DNA of 50,403 bases, taken from positions 1 to 50,403 of the forward strand of contig DXHJ01000016.1 in assembly GCA_019113475.1 (NCBI GenBank), read 5' to 3'. Under the pieces are notes generated by a model. That model saw only the letters and a list, made by a program, of their open reading frames with translations, was not told where the DNA came from and made no database searches. This document shows, piece by piece, positions 28,510-38,376 of the stretch (the stretch's first letter is position 1; every line of letters starts with the position of its first letter). The position numbers were made by a program, and so were the translations under genes. This DNA comes from Candidatus Dorea intestinavium. Lineage in GTDB: Bacteria > Bacillota > Clostridia > Lachnospirales > Lachnospiraceae.

Positions 28510-29160
28510 ATGAGTTTAGCGATTATTATCAGAGAATTAGGTACCGGAATGTTGATTTCTGTCCTGATTTTTATCACAACATTACTTTTTTCATTACCAC
28601 TGGGACTTTTAGTAGCCTTTGGAAGAATGTCAAAGAATAAAATAGTAAGTACTCTAATAAAGGGGTATATTTCCATTATGCGGGGAACCCCTTTAATGCT
28701 CCAATTAATGGTAGTTTATTTTGGCCCTTACTATATCTTTGGAATTAGAATTTCTGATTCCTATCGGCTAGTGGCTGCTTTAATTGGGTTTGTCATTAAC
28801 TATGCTGCTTATTTTGCGGAGATTTACCGCGGTGGTATTGAGTCCATGCCCAAGGGACAATATGAAGCAGCAAAGGTTCTAGGATACACCAAAGGACAAA
28901 CCTTTTTTAGAATTATTTTGCCACAAGTATTTAAGCGTATCTTACCTTCCATTACCAATGAGGTTATTACTTTAGTAAAAGATACTTCTTTAGCTTTTAG
29001 TATTGCTGTAATTGAGATGTTTACGGTAGCAAAACAGCTAGCGGCAACGACAAGTTCCGTTGTTCCCTTTATCGCAGCAGGTGTCTTTTATTATATCTTT
29101 AACCTTTTAGTTGCCATATTGATGGAAAAAATTGAAAAACATTTAAATTATTACAGATAG
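28510..29160 (+). CDS. Polar amino-acid ABC transporter permease
   Basis: [33 protein letters not shown]. Confidence 0.94.
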   Translation: MSLAIIIRELGTGMLISVLIFITTLLFSLPLGLLVAFGRMSKNKIVSTLIKGYISIMRGTPLMLQLMVVYFGPYYIFGIRISDSYRLVAALIGFVINYAAYFAEIYRGGIESMPKGQYEAAKVLGYTKGQTFFRIILPQVFKRILPSITNEVITLVKDTSLAFSIAVIEMFTVAKQLAATTSSVVPFIAAGVFYYIFNLLVAILMEKIEKHLNYYR

Positions 29161-29168
29161 GAGAAATT

Positions 29169-29858
29169 ATGAGTTTACTGCGAATTGAAAACTTAAAAAA
29201 ATGCTTTGGTGAAAATGAAGTGTTAAAGGATATTTCTCTTTCTGTTAATAAAGGCGAAGTGTTAGGAATTATTGGACCCTCAGGCTCAGGAAAATCAACC
29301 CTTCTTCGCTGCGCTACTGGTCTTGAAGTAGCAGATGGTGGAAGTATTGATTATAGCGGGAGCTTTGGTTTGGTTTTTCAAAATTTCAACTTATTTCCGC
29401 ACTTTAGTGTTTTGAAAAATATCTGTGATGCACCTATAAAAGTACAAAAAAGAGATCCCCAAGAAGTGGAAGAAGAGGCGCTTAGATTATTAGAAAAAAT
29501 GAGTTTAAAAGATAAGGCAGACGCTTACCCTTACCAGTTATCAGGTGGTCAAGCACAAAGAGTTTCCATTGCTAGAGCACTAGCAATGAATCCAGATATT
29601 TTGTTTTTTGATGAGCCAACCTCTGCTCTTGATCCAGAACTTACAGGGGAAATTTTAAAGGTAATTAAAGATTTAGCCGCTGAAAACATGACGATGGTAA
29701 TCGTTACTCATGAAATGAATTTTGCAAAAAATGTAGCCGACCAAGTGATCTTTATGGAAGGCGGAATTATAGTAGAACAAGGAAGTCCTAAAAAAGTCTT
29801 TGGTTCATCTAACGAAAGGATGAAGAACTTTTTAGGGAAGTTTGGACAAAATGGATAA
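29169..29858 (+). CDS. Polar amino-acid ABC transporter ATP-binding protein
   Basis: [42 protein letters not shown]. Confidence 0.94.
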   Translation: MSLLRIENLKKCFGENEVLKDISLSVNKGEVLGIIGPSGSGKSTLLRCATGLEVADGGSIDYSGSFGLVFQNFNLFPHFSVLKNICDAPIKVQKRDPQEVEEEALRLLEKMSLKDKADAYPYQLSGGQAQRVSIARALAMNPDILFFDEPTSALDPELTGEILKVIKDLAAENMTMVIVTHEMNFAKNVADQVIFMEGGIIVEQGSPKKVFGSSNERMKNFLGKFGQNG

Positions 29859-29866
29859 ATGCAAGA

Positions 29867-29908
29867 ACAAGGCCTAGGGAAGATTGATTTTCCCTAGGCC
29901 TTGTATTA
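29867..29908 (+). terminator. Strong hairpin (likely terminator) after the ABC operon, overlapping the purC promoter
   Basis: Perfect 15-bp arms acaaggcctagggaa (29867-29881) / ttccctaggccttgt (29890-29904). The U-tract is weak. Confidence 0.7.
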
Positions 29909-29912
29909 TACT
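29884..29912 (+). promoter_or_regulatory. Promoter of purC-purF-purB
   Basis: TTGATT (29884-29889), 17 bp, TATACT (29907-29912). Confidence 0.65.
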
Positions 29913-29962
29913 ATGAGAGCAATAATTTAAGATAATCAAACAAAGAAAAGGACAGGTGTAAG

Positions 29963-30673
29963 ATGGAAAAATTAGTACAGCTATACGAAGGAAAAGCAAA
30001 AAAAGTTTTCAAAACCGAAGATCCGGATGTAGTTATTGTGGATTACAAAGACGATGCAACCGCCTTTAATGGAGAAAAAAAGGGTACCATCGTGGGAAAA
30101 GGTGTAATTAACAACCGAATGACTAATTATATTTTCAAGATTATTGAAGAAAAAGAAGGAATACCCACTCACTTTATTGAAGAACTAAGTGACCGCGAAA
30201 CAGCTGTAAAAAAAGTAGATATTGTACCACTTGAAGTTATTGTAAGAAACGTAGCAGCAGGAAGCTTTTCTAAGAAGTTAGGCATTGAAGAAGGAACGAA
30301 ACTTTTAGCACCAACCTTAGAATTTAGCTATAAAAATGACGATTTAGGCGATCCAATGATTAATGATTATTATGCTATTGCCATGGGTCTTGCTACGAGA
30401 GAAGAAATCGATAAAATTTCCGACTACACCTTTAGAATTAATAGAGTTTTACAAGAATTCTTTAAAGAAGCAGGAATTGAACTAATTGACTTTAAAATAG
30501 AATTTGGTCGTTTCCACGGCGAGATTTTATTAGCTGATGAAGTTTCACCAGATACCTGTAGGCTTTGGGATATTAAAACAAGAGAAAAATTAGATAAAGA
30601 TAGATTTAGAAGAGATATGGGCAATGTAGAAGATGCTTATCAAGAAGTATTTAAACGAATCGGTATTAAATAA
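29963..30673 (+). CDS. purC: SAICAR synthetase
   Basis: [50 protein letters not shown]. Confidence 0.98.
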   Translation: MEKLVQLYEGKAKKVFKTEDPDVVIVDYKDDATAFNGEKKGTIVGKGVINNRMTNYIFKIIEEKEGIPTHFIEELSDRETAVKKVDIVPLEVIVRNVAAGSFSKKLGIEEGTKLLAPTLEFSYKNDDLGDPMINDYYAIAMGLATREEIDKISDYTFRINRVLQEFFKEAGIELIDFKIEFGRFHGEILLADEVSPDTCRLWDIKTREKLDKDRFRRDMGNVEDAYQEVFKRIGIK

Positions 30674-30684
30674 GGAGTTAATGA

Positions 30685-32112
30685 ATGGGAACATTTGAAA
30701 AACAAGCCACCGGAATGGGTGAAGAATGCGGCGTTTTTGGAGCTTATGATAGAACTGGCGGTGATGTAGCAGCTTCAATTTACTATGGCCTTTTTGCCCT
30801 CCAACACAGAGGACAAGAAAGCTGTGGTATTGCAATAACAGATACTTCAAAAGAAAGAAAAGTGCAGGCAATTAAAGGATTAGGTCTAGTTAATGATGTT
30901 TTTAATGAGGAAACACTTGAATCATTAAAAGGAAATCTAGGAGTTGGCCATGTAAGATATTCAACAGCAGGAGCTTCGAATGTCCAAAATGCCATGCCGT
31001 TAGTACTTAATTATGTTAAAGGCACTTTAGCAATTGCGCACAATGGTAATCTTACAAATGCTGTTGAACTTCGTAGAGAACTAGAATATAGTGGAGCTAT
31101 TTTTCAAACCACCATTGATTCAGAAGTAATTGCTTACCATATTGCAAGAGAGAGAATTAAAGCAGATAGCGTCGAAACAGCTATATATAATGCTATGAAA
31201 AAGGTAAAGGGCGCTTATGCCTTGGTCGTAAATTCACCAAGAAAAATGACGGGAGTTCGTGATCCTTATGGACTAAAGCCCCTTTGTATCGGAAAAAGAG
31301 ATGACACTTATTTCCTAGCTTCAGAAAGTTGTGCAATTTCAGCAGTGGGCGGAGATTTTATCCGTGACGTTGAACCAGGAGAAATTGTTAGTATTACCAA
31401 AGATAGCATTATTTCCAATAAAGATATGGCTTTTTCTAAAGATAAAGAAGCTAGATGTATTTTCGAATACATCTATTTTGCGAGGACAGATAGCCATATT
31501 GATGGGGTTAATGTTTATGGAGCGAGAATTACCGCAGGGAAAGCTCTGGCAAAATCCTACCCTGTTGAAGCAGACCTAGTAGTAGGTGTTCCAGATTCTG
31601 GTCTGGCAGCGGCTAAAGGCTATTCTGAAGGCTCCGGCATTCCCATGGCCTTAGCTTTTCATAAAAATAGTTATGTAGGAAGAACCTTTATTAAGCCAAA
31701 ACAAAGCCAAAGAGAAAGTAGCGTTCGGATTAAATTAAATGTAATTGAAGATGTGGTAAAAGGAAAAAGAATTGTCTTAGTGGATGATTCTATTGTCCGG
31801 GGGACCACTTCGGCAAATCTAATTAAGATGCTTAAAAAAGCGGGAGCAACAGAAGTTCACATGCGAATATCTTCGCCACCATTTTTGTATCCTTGTTATT
31901 TTGGAACCGATGTTCCATCTAATGAACAACTAATTGCTCACTCTAATACACCAGAAGAGATTAGAGAGAAAATTGGTGCTGACTCACTAGGCTATATGGA
32001 AGTAGATAAATTAAAAGAAATGGTTGGAGATTTGGGCTATTGTGACGCCTGCTTTACGGGAAATTATCCAATGGAAGTTCCCGGCAAAGATATCTCTCAA
32101 GCTTTTGAATAG
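30685..32112 (+). CDS. purF: Amidophosphoribosyltransferase (4Fe-4S type, with propeptide)
   Basis: EE|CGVFG Ntn cysteine, LQHRGQE, GHVRYST, VDDSIVRGTT, CYFG and CDAC Fe-S ligands. Confidence 0.98.
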   Translation: MGTFEKQATGMGEECGVFGAYDRTGGDVAASIYYGLFALQHRGQESCGIAITDTSKERKVQAIKGLGLVNDVFNEETLESLKGNLGVGHVRYSTAGASNVQNAMPLVLNYVKGTLAIAHNGNLTNAVELRRELEYSGAIFQTTIDSEVIAYHIARERIKADSVETAIYNAMKKVKGAYALVVNSPRKMTGVRDPYGLKPLCIGKRDDTYFLASESCAISAVGGDFIRDVEPGEIVSITKDSIISNKDMAFSKDKEARCIFEYIYFARTDSHIDGVNVYGARITAGKALAKSYPVEADLVVGVPDSGLAAAKGYSEGSGIPMALAFHKNSYVGRTFIKPKQSQRESSVRIKLNVIEDVVKGKRIVLVDDSIVRGTTSANLIKMLKKAGATEVHMRISSPPFLYPCYFGTDVPSNEQLIAHSNTPEEIREKIGADSLGYMEVDKLKEMVGDLGYCDACFTGNYPMEVPGKDISQAFE

Positions 32113-32132
32113 ACAAAGAAAGGGAATGAGTA

Positions 32133-33566
32133 ATGAGTAAAGACAGATATGAAAGTCCACTATCCGCTCGCTATGCCAGCAAAGAAATGCAATATGTGTT
32201 TTCTCCAGACAATAAATTTAAAACTTGGAGAAGATTATGGGTGGCTCTAGCAGAGACAGAAAAGGAACTAGGCCTTGCTATTACCGATGAACAAATCGAC
32301 GAATTAAAAAGTCATGTCGATGACATTAATTATGAAGTAGCAAATGCCAGAGAAAAAGAAGTGCGCCACGACGTTATGGCTCATGTTTATGCTTATGGTG
32401 TGCAGTGCCCAAAAGCAAAAGGGATTATCCATTTAGGAGCAACTTCTTGTTACGTCGGCGATAATACCGATATTATTTTAATGGATGAAGCACTTAGTAT
32501 TGTTCGTAAAAAATTAATTAATGTAATTTATGAATTGCGTAACTTTGCTGATAAATACAAAGCTTTACCAACTCTTGGCTTTACCCATTTTCAACCAGCT
32601 CAACCAACCACAGTGGGAAAAAGAGCGAGTCTTTGGCTTCAGGAATTTATGATGGACTTGGAAGACTTAGATTATGTAAAAAATAGCTTGAAACTATTAG
32701 GCTCTAAGGGGACTACCGGTACGCAGGCTAGTTTTTTAGAACTTTTTGAAGGGGACCAGGAAACCATTGACAAGATTGATCCTTTGATTGCGAAGAAAAT
32801 GGGCTTTAAGGATTCTTATCCTGTTTCTGGACAAACTTATTCTCGTAAAGTAGATACCAGAGTTCTTAATGTATTAGCAGGAATTGCTGCTTCTGCTCAT
32901 AAGATGTCCAATGATATTAGACTTTTACAGCACTTAAAAGAAGTAGAAGAACCTTTTGAAAAATCACAAATAGGATCATCAGCTATGGCCTATAAGAGAA
33001 ATCCAATGCGTAGTGAACGTATTGCTTCTTTAAGTCGTTATATTATGGTAGATGCGTTAAATCCGGCTATTACTTCTTCCACCCAGTGGTTTGAAAGAAC
33101 CTTAGATGATTCCGCAAATAAAAGACTAAGTGTTCCAGAAGGCTTCTTAGCTACGGATGGAGTTTTAGATCTTTGCTTAAATGTAGTAGATGGACTAGTC
33201 GTTTATCCAAAAGTTATCGAAAAAAGATTAAGAGCAGAGTTACCTTTTATGGCAACGGAAAATATTATGATGGACGCCGTAAAAGCGGGTGGTGACCGCC
33301 AAGAATTACACGAAAGAATTCGTGAGCTTTCCATGGAAGCAGGTAGAAACGTTAAAGAAAAAGGCCTTGATAATAATCTGCTGGAATTAATCGAACAAGA
33401 CCCTACCTTTAATCTTTCCCAAGAAGATTTACAAAAAGCCATGGATCCAGCAAAATACATTGGTAGAGCTAAAGAACAAGTGGATTCATATTTGCATAAT
33501 TGTGTTGATAAAATGCTTGAAGAAAATAAGAAAGATTTGGGCGTCAAGGCAAATATTAGTCTTTAA
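32133..33566 (+). CDS. purB: Adenylosuccinate lyase
   Basis: RHDVMAH, IHLGATS, GFTHFQPAQ, GSSAMAYKRNP, ERTLDDSA. Confidence 0.97.
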   Translation: MSKDRYESPLSARYASKEMQYVFSPDNKFKTWRRLWVALAETEKELGLAITDEQIDELKSHVDDINYEVANAREKEVRHDVMAHVYAYGVQCPKAKGIIHLGATSCYVGDNTDIILMDEALSIVRKKLINVIYELRNFADKYKALPTLGFTHFQPAQPTTVGKRASLWLQEFMMDLEDLDYVKNSLKLLGSKGTTGTQASFLELFEGDQETIDKIDPLIAKKMGFKDSYPVSGQTYSRKVDTRVLNVLAGIAASAHKMSNDIRLLQHLKEVEEPFEKSQIGSSAMAYKRNPMRSERIASLSRYIMVDALNPAITSSTQWFERTLDDSANKRLSVPEGFLATDGVLDLCLNVVDGLVVYPKVIEKRLRAELPFMATENIMMDAVKAGGDRQELHERIRELSMEAGRNVKEKGLDNNLLELIEQDPTFNLSQEDLQKAMDPAKYIGRAKEQVDSYLHNCVDKMLEENKKDLGVKANISL

Positions 33567-33650
33567 GATGTGAAAGTTTAGACAAAATGCACAAAATAAA
33601 TGATAAAAATTTGACAGATAAGCCGAAATTGGATTTCTTTTCCTGATTGC

Positions 33651-33679
33651 TTGAAATATAAAATGTTATCAGTTATGAT
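33651..33679 (+). promoter_or_regulatory. Putative promoter of the grd operon
   Basis: TTGAAA (33651-33656), 17 bp, TATGAT (33674-33679), upstream of the riboswitch. Confidence 0.55.
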
Positions 33680-33741
33680 AGATTCAGGTTATAGAAATAG
33701 GTTATATATTTATAGAAATTAATAATAAATTAATAAATATT

Positions 33742-33915
33742 GGTAGGATGATTTTTTCTAGGAGAGAATTCATAATTATGAATCGCCGAAGAGGCAAGCT
33801 GAAAAGACCGTGTAAGCTTTTTAGTGAAACTTTCAGGCAAAAGGATCGGGAAAAGGACTACATTCTGGATTTTGTTATGCTTAAGGGAAACCTTAACAAA
33901 ACACAATAAACAGAA
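33742..33915 (+). ncRNA. Glycine riboswitch, singlet (one aptamer followed by a ghost aptamer; type-1)
   Basis: GGAGAG (33761), CGCCGAAGAGGCAA (33784), AAACTTTCAGGCAAAAGGA (33827-33845), with intact P2 and P3a hairpins. Kink-turn leader GTAGGATGA pairs with GGACTAC. Then TCTGGA...AATAAACAGA without a second CCGAAG/TCAGG core. Confidence 0.9.
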
Positions 33916-33954
33916 AGGACATAACACAATTAGTGGGATGTCCTTTTTTCTTTT
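33913..33954 (+). terminator. Riboswitch-controlled intrinsic terminator
   Basis: gaaaggacat (33913-33922) / atgtcctttt (33938-33947) plus a long U-tract. The 5' arm overlaps the ghost-aptamer 3' strand. Confidence 0.85.
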
Positions 33955-33983
33955 GCACAAATCTTAGAAAAGAGGTAGGGAAA

Positions 33984-34361
33984 ATGGCGGATTATATTAT
34001 TGTGACCAATAATCCCCAAGTGTTGGAAACTTTTCACAAAGACAAAGAAGTTCTTTTTAGGGAAGTTGATTTTAAAGAGATTCTAACCGTTGTCAGAGAC
34101 TTGGTTTACCAAGGGAAAGAACTTTTAACACATCCACTTTCCGGTAGCGTTAAGCCACTGGAAACTCATTACAAATCAGTACTTATTAGCAAGGCTGATA
34201 AAGGACCAACGGATTTTCGCTCAGTACAACTGATTGAAAGTGCACTCAATGCTTGCACTAAGTTTGCTTATAAAAATGATAATGACAAGCAGACACTTGA
34301 AGATATGCAAGCCGTAGATTTGGCCCTAATAAGTGGCGCCATAGCATCAGCAGATGCTTAA
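33984..34361 (+). CDS. grdX: GrdX family protein
   Basis: IIVTNNP, VRDLVYQG, LLTHPLSGSVKP, YKSVLIS. First gene of the grd operon. Start reset to ATG 33984. Confidence 0.88.
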   Translation: MADYIIVTNNPQVLETFHKDKEVLFREVDFKEILTVVRDLVYQGKELLTHPLSGSVKPLETHYKSVLISKADKGPTDFRSVQLIESALNACTKFAYKNDNDKQTLEDMQAVDLALISGAIASADA

Positions 34362-34398
34362 TGGATAAATGATTTATTAAAAAAAGGAGGGAATTAAC

Positions 34399-35679
34399 GT
34401 GAAATTAGAAATGGGGCACATTTTCATCAAAGACATCGTCTTTGCTGAAGAATCAAAAATTTCAGATGGAACATTGTATGTTTCAACAAAAGAGCTCGAG
34501 AAAATCGTAATGGAAGATGAGAAAATCAAATCAGTATCATTTGACATCGCAAAACCAGGTGAAAGCGTACGTATTACACCAGTTAAGGATGTAATCGAGC
34601 CAAGAGTTAAAGTAGAGGGAAATGGTGGTGTCTTCCCGGGAATCATCTCAAAGGTAGGAACAGTTGGTAGTGGTAAAACTTATGCACTTAAAGGCATGTC
34701 AGTTATCACCGCTGGTAAAATCGTTGGATTCCAAGAAGGTATCATTGACATGGTTGGAGAAGGCGCTAAATATACACCTTTCTCACAACTTATAAATTTA
34801 GTAATGGTTTGTGAACCAATTGATGATATTAAACAACATCAATATGAAAAAGCAGTAAGAATGGCCGGACTTAAAGTAGCAACAGCTATTGGTGAGTTAG
34901 CTAAAACTCTTACACCTGATGAAACAAGAGTATATGAAACAAGCACAATTAAAGAAGGAATGACAAAATATCCTGAATTACCAAGAGTTGCTTATGTTCA
35001 AATGCTTCAAAGCCAAGGATTACTTCATGATACTTATGTTTATGGTGTTGATGCAAAACAAACACTTCCAACAATTTTAAATCCAACAGAAATCATGGAT
35101 GGTGCTATTATCTCCGGAAACTGTGTTTCTGCTTGTGATAAAAACACAACTTATCATCACTTAAATAACCCAGTTGTTCATGATTTATTTGAAGAACACG
35201 GAAAAACAATTAACTTTGTTTGCCAAATTATAACAAACGAAAACGTATATCTTGCTGATAAAGAAAGATCATCTGATTGGACAGCAAAATTATGTGAAAT
35301 GTTAGATCTTGATGGGGTAATCATTTCTCAAGAAGGATTTGGTAACCCAGATACTGACCTTATTATGAACTGCAAAAAAATCGAAGCTAAAGGCGTTAAA
35401 ACTGTTATCATCACTGATGAATATGCAGGTAGAGATGGGAAATCTCAATCACTCGCTGATGCTGATGCAGCAGCTGATGCTGTAGTAACAGGCGGAAACG
35501 CTAACCAAGTAATCATTCTTCCTAAACTTGATAAAGTAATCGGAACACTTGATTATGTTACAAAAATCGCAGGTGCTTCAGAAGAGACACTTTGTGAAGA
35601 TGGATCTCTTGAAGTTGAGCTTCAAGTTATCACTGGCGCAACTAATGAAACTGGCTTCAATAAGCTCAGCGCAAGATAA
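34399..35679 (+). CDS. grdE: Glycine/sarcosine reductase component B proprotein (pyruvoyl-forming)
   Basis: VRITPVKDVIEPR, FQEGIIDM, ISGNCVSACDKN (cleavage-site Cys region), EGFGNPDTD. GTG start after AGGAGG. Confidence 0.93.
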   Translation: MKLEMGHIFIKDIVFAEESKISDGTLYVSTKELEKIVMEDEKIKSVSFDIAKPGESVRITPVKDVIEPRVKVEGNGGVFPGIISKVGTVGSGKTYALKGMSVITAGKIVGFQEGIIDMVGEGAKYTPFSQLINLVMVCEPIDDIKQHQYEKAVRMAGLKVATAIGELAKTLTPDETRVYETSTIKEGMTKYPELPRVAYVQMLQSQGLLHDTYVYGVDAKQTLPTILNPTEIMDGAIISGNCVSACDKNTTYHHLNNPVVHDLFEEHGKTINFVCQIITNENVYLADKERSSDWTAKLCEMLDLDGVIISQEGFGNPDTDLIMNCKKIEAKGVKTVIITDEYAGRDGKSQSLADADAAADAVVTGGNANQVIILPKLDKVIGTLDYVTKIAGASEETLCEDGSLEVELQVITGATNETGFNKLSAR

Positions 35680-35697
35680 AATAGGGAGGGAATAAAG

Positions 35698-37011
35698 ATG
35701 GCTAAATTAAAAGTCGTACATTATATAAATCAATTCTTTGCCCAAATCGGCGGAGAAGAAAAGGCTGATTTCCCAGCAGAGCTTAGAGTAGGCGAAGCAG
35801 TGGGACCAGGACTTGCATTTAATGCAAACTTTAAAGATGAAGCAGAAATTATCGCAACAATTGTTTGTGGTGATTCTTACTTCAATGAAAACCTTGAAAA
35901 AGCAAAAGCAGACGTTCTTGCAATGGTTAAAGAACAAAACCCAGACGTATTTATCGCTGGTCCTGCTTTTAACGCAGGAAGATATGGTGTTGCTTGTGGT
36001 ACTATCGCAGCAGCTGTACAAGAAGAACTTGGTATCCCTTCACTTACAGGTATGTATGTGGAAAACCCAGGTGCAGATATGTTCAAAGACAAAGTTTACA
36101 TGGTTTCTACAAAGAACTCAGCTGTTGGTATGAGAGATGCTGTTTCTAAAATGGCTCCTTTAGCAATTAAGCTTGGTAAAAAAGAAGAAATCGGTGCTTC
36201 AGCAGAAGAAGGATATATGCCAAATGGTATTAGAAAGAACTTCTTTGAAGATGAAAGAGGAGCAAAAAGAGCTGTTAAAATGCTTCTTAACAAACTTGCT
36301 GGCAAACCTTATACAACAGAGTATCCAATGCCAGACTTTGACCGTGTAGCTCCAGTTCCAGCCATTAAAGATTTATCAAAAGCAACTGTTGCTCTTGTAA
36401 CAAGTGGTGGTATTGTGCCAAAAGGAAATCCTGATCACATCGAAAGTTCATCAGCTTCACACTATGGTGAATATGATATTACCGGTGTAATGGACCTAAC
36501 AGCAGATACTTATGAAACTGCTCATGGCGGATATGATCCAGTTTATGCAAATGAAGATGCTGATCGTGTTCTTCCAGTTGACGTTCTTCGTGAACTTGAA
36601 AAAGAAGGAAAAATCGGTAAATTACATAATAAATTCTACACAACAGTAGGAAATGGTACAGCAGTTGCATCAGCAAAAGCTTTTGCTGAAGAAATTGCTA
36701 AGAAATTAATCGCTGACGGCGTTGACGCTGTTATCTTAACCTCCACTTGAGGTACTTGTACTCGTTGCGGTGCAACGATGGTTAAAGAAATTGAAAGAGC
36801 AGGCCTTCCAGTCGTACATATTTGTACAGTAACACCAATCTCCTTAACAGTTGGTGCTAATAGAATTGTTCCTGCAATCGCAATTCCTTATCCTCTAGGA
36901 AATCCTTCATTAGATGCAGCAGAGGAAAAAGAACTTCGTCATCATATCGTAGAAAAAGCATTAACAGCTTTAACTACAGAAGTTGACGGTCAAAAAGTAT
37001 TTGAAGACTAG
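35698..37011 (+). CDS. grdB: Glycine reductase selenoprotein B, 437 aa, Sec at codon 351 (TGA 36748-36750)
   Basis: VHYINQFFAQIGGEEKA, GPAFNAGRYG. The in-frame TGA gives LTST-U-GTCTRC (UxxCxxC) and joins ORF-track 35698..36750 and 36778..37011. Confidence 0.96.
36748..36782 (+). promoter_or_regulatory. Bacterial SECIS hairpin of grdB
   Basis: tcgttgc-GGT-gcaacga (36762-36778). The G-containing loop starts 18 nt after the UGA. Confidence 0.75.
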
Positions 37012-37021
37012 GAGAATAGAC

Positions 37022-37966
37022 ATGGATAAGATTTATGATGTTATTATTCTTGGTGCAGGCCCTGCGGGATTATCCGCAGGTCTCTACGCCGGAAGAAGTC
37101 GTCTAAGCACTTTGATCATTGAAAAAGGTCAAGATGGTGGACAAATTGCTATAACAGATGAAATAGAAAACTACCCTGGACAAAGAGTTGAAGGGGAATC
37201 AGGAGCTTCTTTAGTAGCTAGAATGGCTGAACAAGCTGTAAAGTTTGGCTGTGATAGAGTTTCTGATACGGTTAATGAAGTATCTCTTGATGGAGATATT
37301 AAAGTTGTTAAAACAACAAAAGAAGAGTACAAAGCTAAAAGCATTATCATCGCTACAGGTGCTTATGCTAGACCAATCGGCTGCAAAAATGAAGCAGAAT
37401 ACATTGGTAGAGGTGTATCTTACTGTGCAACTTGCGATGCGAACTTCTTTGAAGATTTTGAAGTTTACGTGGTAGGTGGTGGTGATTCAGCTGTTGAAGA
37501 AGCACTTTACCTTTCAAAATTTGCTCGTAAAGTTACAATCATTCACAGAAGAGATGAACTAAGAGCTGCAAAATCTATTCAAGAAAAAGCTTTTGCAAAT
37601 CCAAAAGTAGACTTCATGTGGGACAGCGTTGTTGAAGAAATCGGTGGCGAGGACATCCTTTCAGAAATGAAAGTTAAAAATGTTAAAACTGGCGAAATTA
37701 CAACAATTAAAGCAGACGAAGAAGACGGAATGTTTGGGCTCTTTGGCTTTATTGGAACCATCCCTAACTCAGAACTATTCAAAGGAAAAGTAGACATGGA
37801 TGAAAGAGGCTATATTAAAGCTGATGAAAACATGCATACAAATGTTGAAGATGTTTATGTAGCAGGTGATGTAAGAATTAAGAGCCTAAGACAAGTTGTT
37901 ACAGCAGCAGCTGATGGTGCAATCGCTTCTGTACAAATTGAAAGAAAAACAACTGGTTATCTATAA
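37022..37966 (+). CDS. trxB: Thioredoxin reductase
   Basis: GAGPAG, IENYPG, SYCATCD, GGGDSAVEEA, HRRD. Start reset to ATG 37022 after GGAG. Confidence 0.97.
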   Translation: MDKIYDVIILGAGPAGLSAGLYAGRSRLSTLIIEKGQDGGQIAITDEIENYPGQRVEGESGASLVARMAEQAVKFGCDRVSDTVNEVSLDGDIKVVKTTKEEYKAKSIIIATGAYARPIGCKNEAEYIGRGVSYCATCDANFFEDFEVYVVGGGDSAVEEALYLSKFARKVTIIHRRDELRAAKSIQEKAFANPKVDFMWDSVVEEIGGEDILSEMKVKNVKTGEITTIKADEEDGMFGLFGFIGTIPNSELFKGKVDMDERGYIKADENMHTNVEDVYVAGDVRIKSLRQVVTAAADGAIASVQIERKTTGYL

Positions 37967-37990
37967 AACATCATAATGGAGGTATAAATC

Positions 37991-38308
37991 ATGTTAGAAT
38001 TAGACAAAAATAATTTTGAAGAAGAAGTATTAAAAGCAGAAGGATATGTATTCGTAGATTTCTACGGAGATGGCTGTGTGCCATGTCAAGCACTTATGCC
38101 AAAAGTACATGAATTCGCTGATACTTACGGAGACAAACTTAAATTTGCAGCTCTAAATACTACCAAAGCTCGTAGACTTGCAATTGGACAAAAGGTACTT
38201 GGTTTACCTGTAATGGCAATCTACAAAGGTGGAGAAAAAGTAGAAGAGTTAGTAAAAGATGATTGCACACCAGAAGCAATCGAAGAAATGATTAAGAAAT
38301 ACGCTTAA
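37991..38308 (+). CDS. trxA: Thioredoxin (glycine-reductase type)
   Basis: VDFYGDGCVPC (the GCVPC variant typical of grd-associated thioredoxins), RRLAI, GLP. Confidence 0.93.
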   Translation: MLELDKNNFEEEVLKAEGYVFVDFYGDGCVPCQALMPKVHEFADTYGDKLKFAALNTTKARRLAIGQKVLGLPVMAIYKGGEKVEELVKDDCTPEAIEEMIKKYA

Positions 38309-38376
38309 TAGTGTTTCTATAAAAGGCTTAAGCCTAACAACAAAAAAGAAAAATGTGAAATGAAAGGAGATTAATT

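Noticed and set aside
33860-33915. Second aptamer of a tandem glycine riboswitch
   Set aside because: It lacks the GGAGAG, CCGAAG and CUCAGG cores, so it is read as a ghost aptamer.
33933-33983. GTG-started extension of GrdX
   Set aside because: It overlaps the riboswitch terminator. ATG 33984 has an RBS and matches the family start.
34399-37011. Betaine reductase (GrdI/GrdH) or D-proline reductase
   Set aside because: The GNCVSAC cleavage-type motif, the UxxCxxC context and the glycine riboswitch favour GrdE/GrdB. Sarcosine specificity is not fully excluded.
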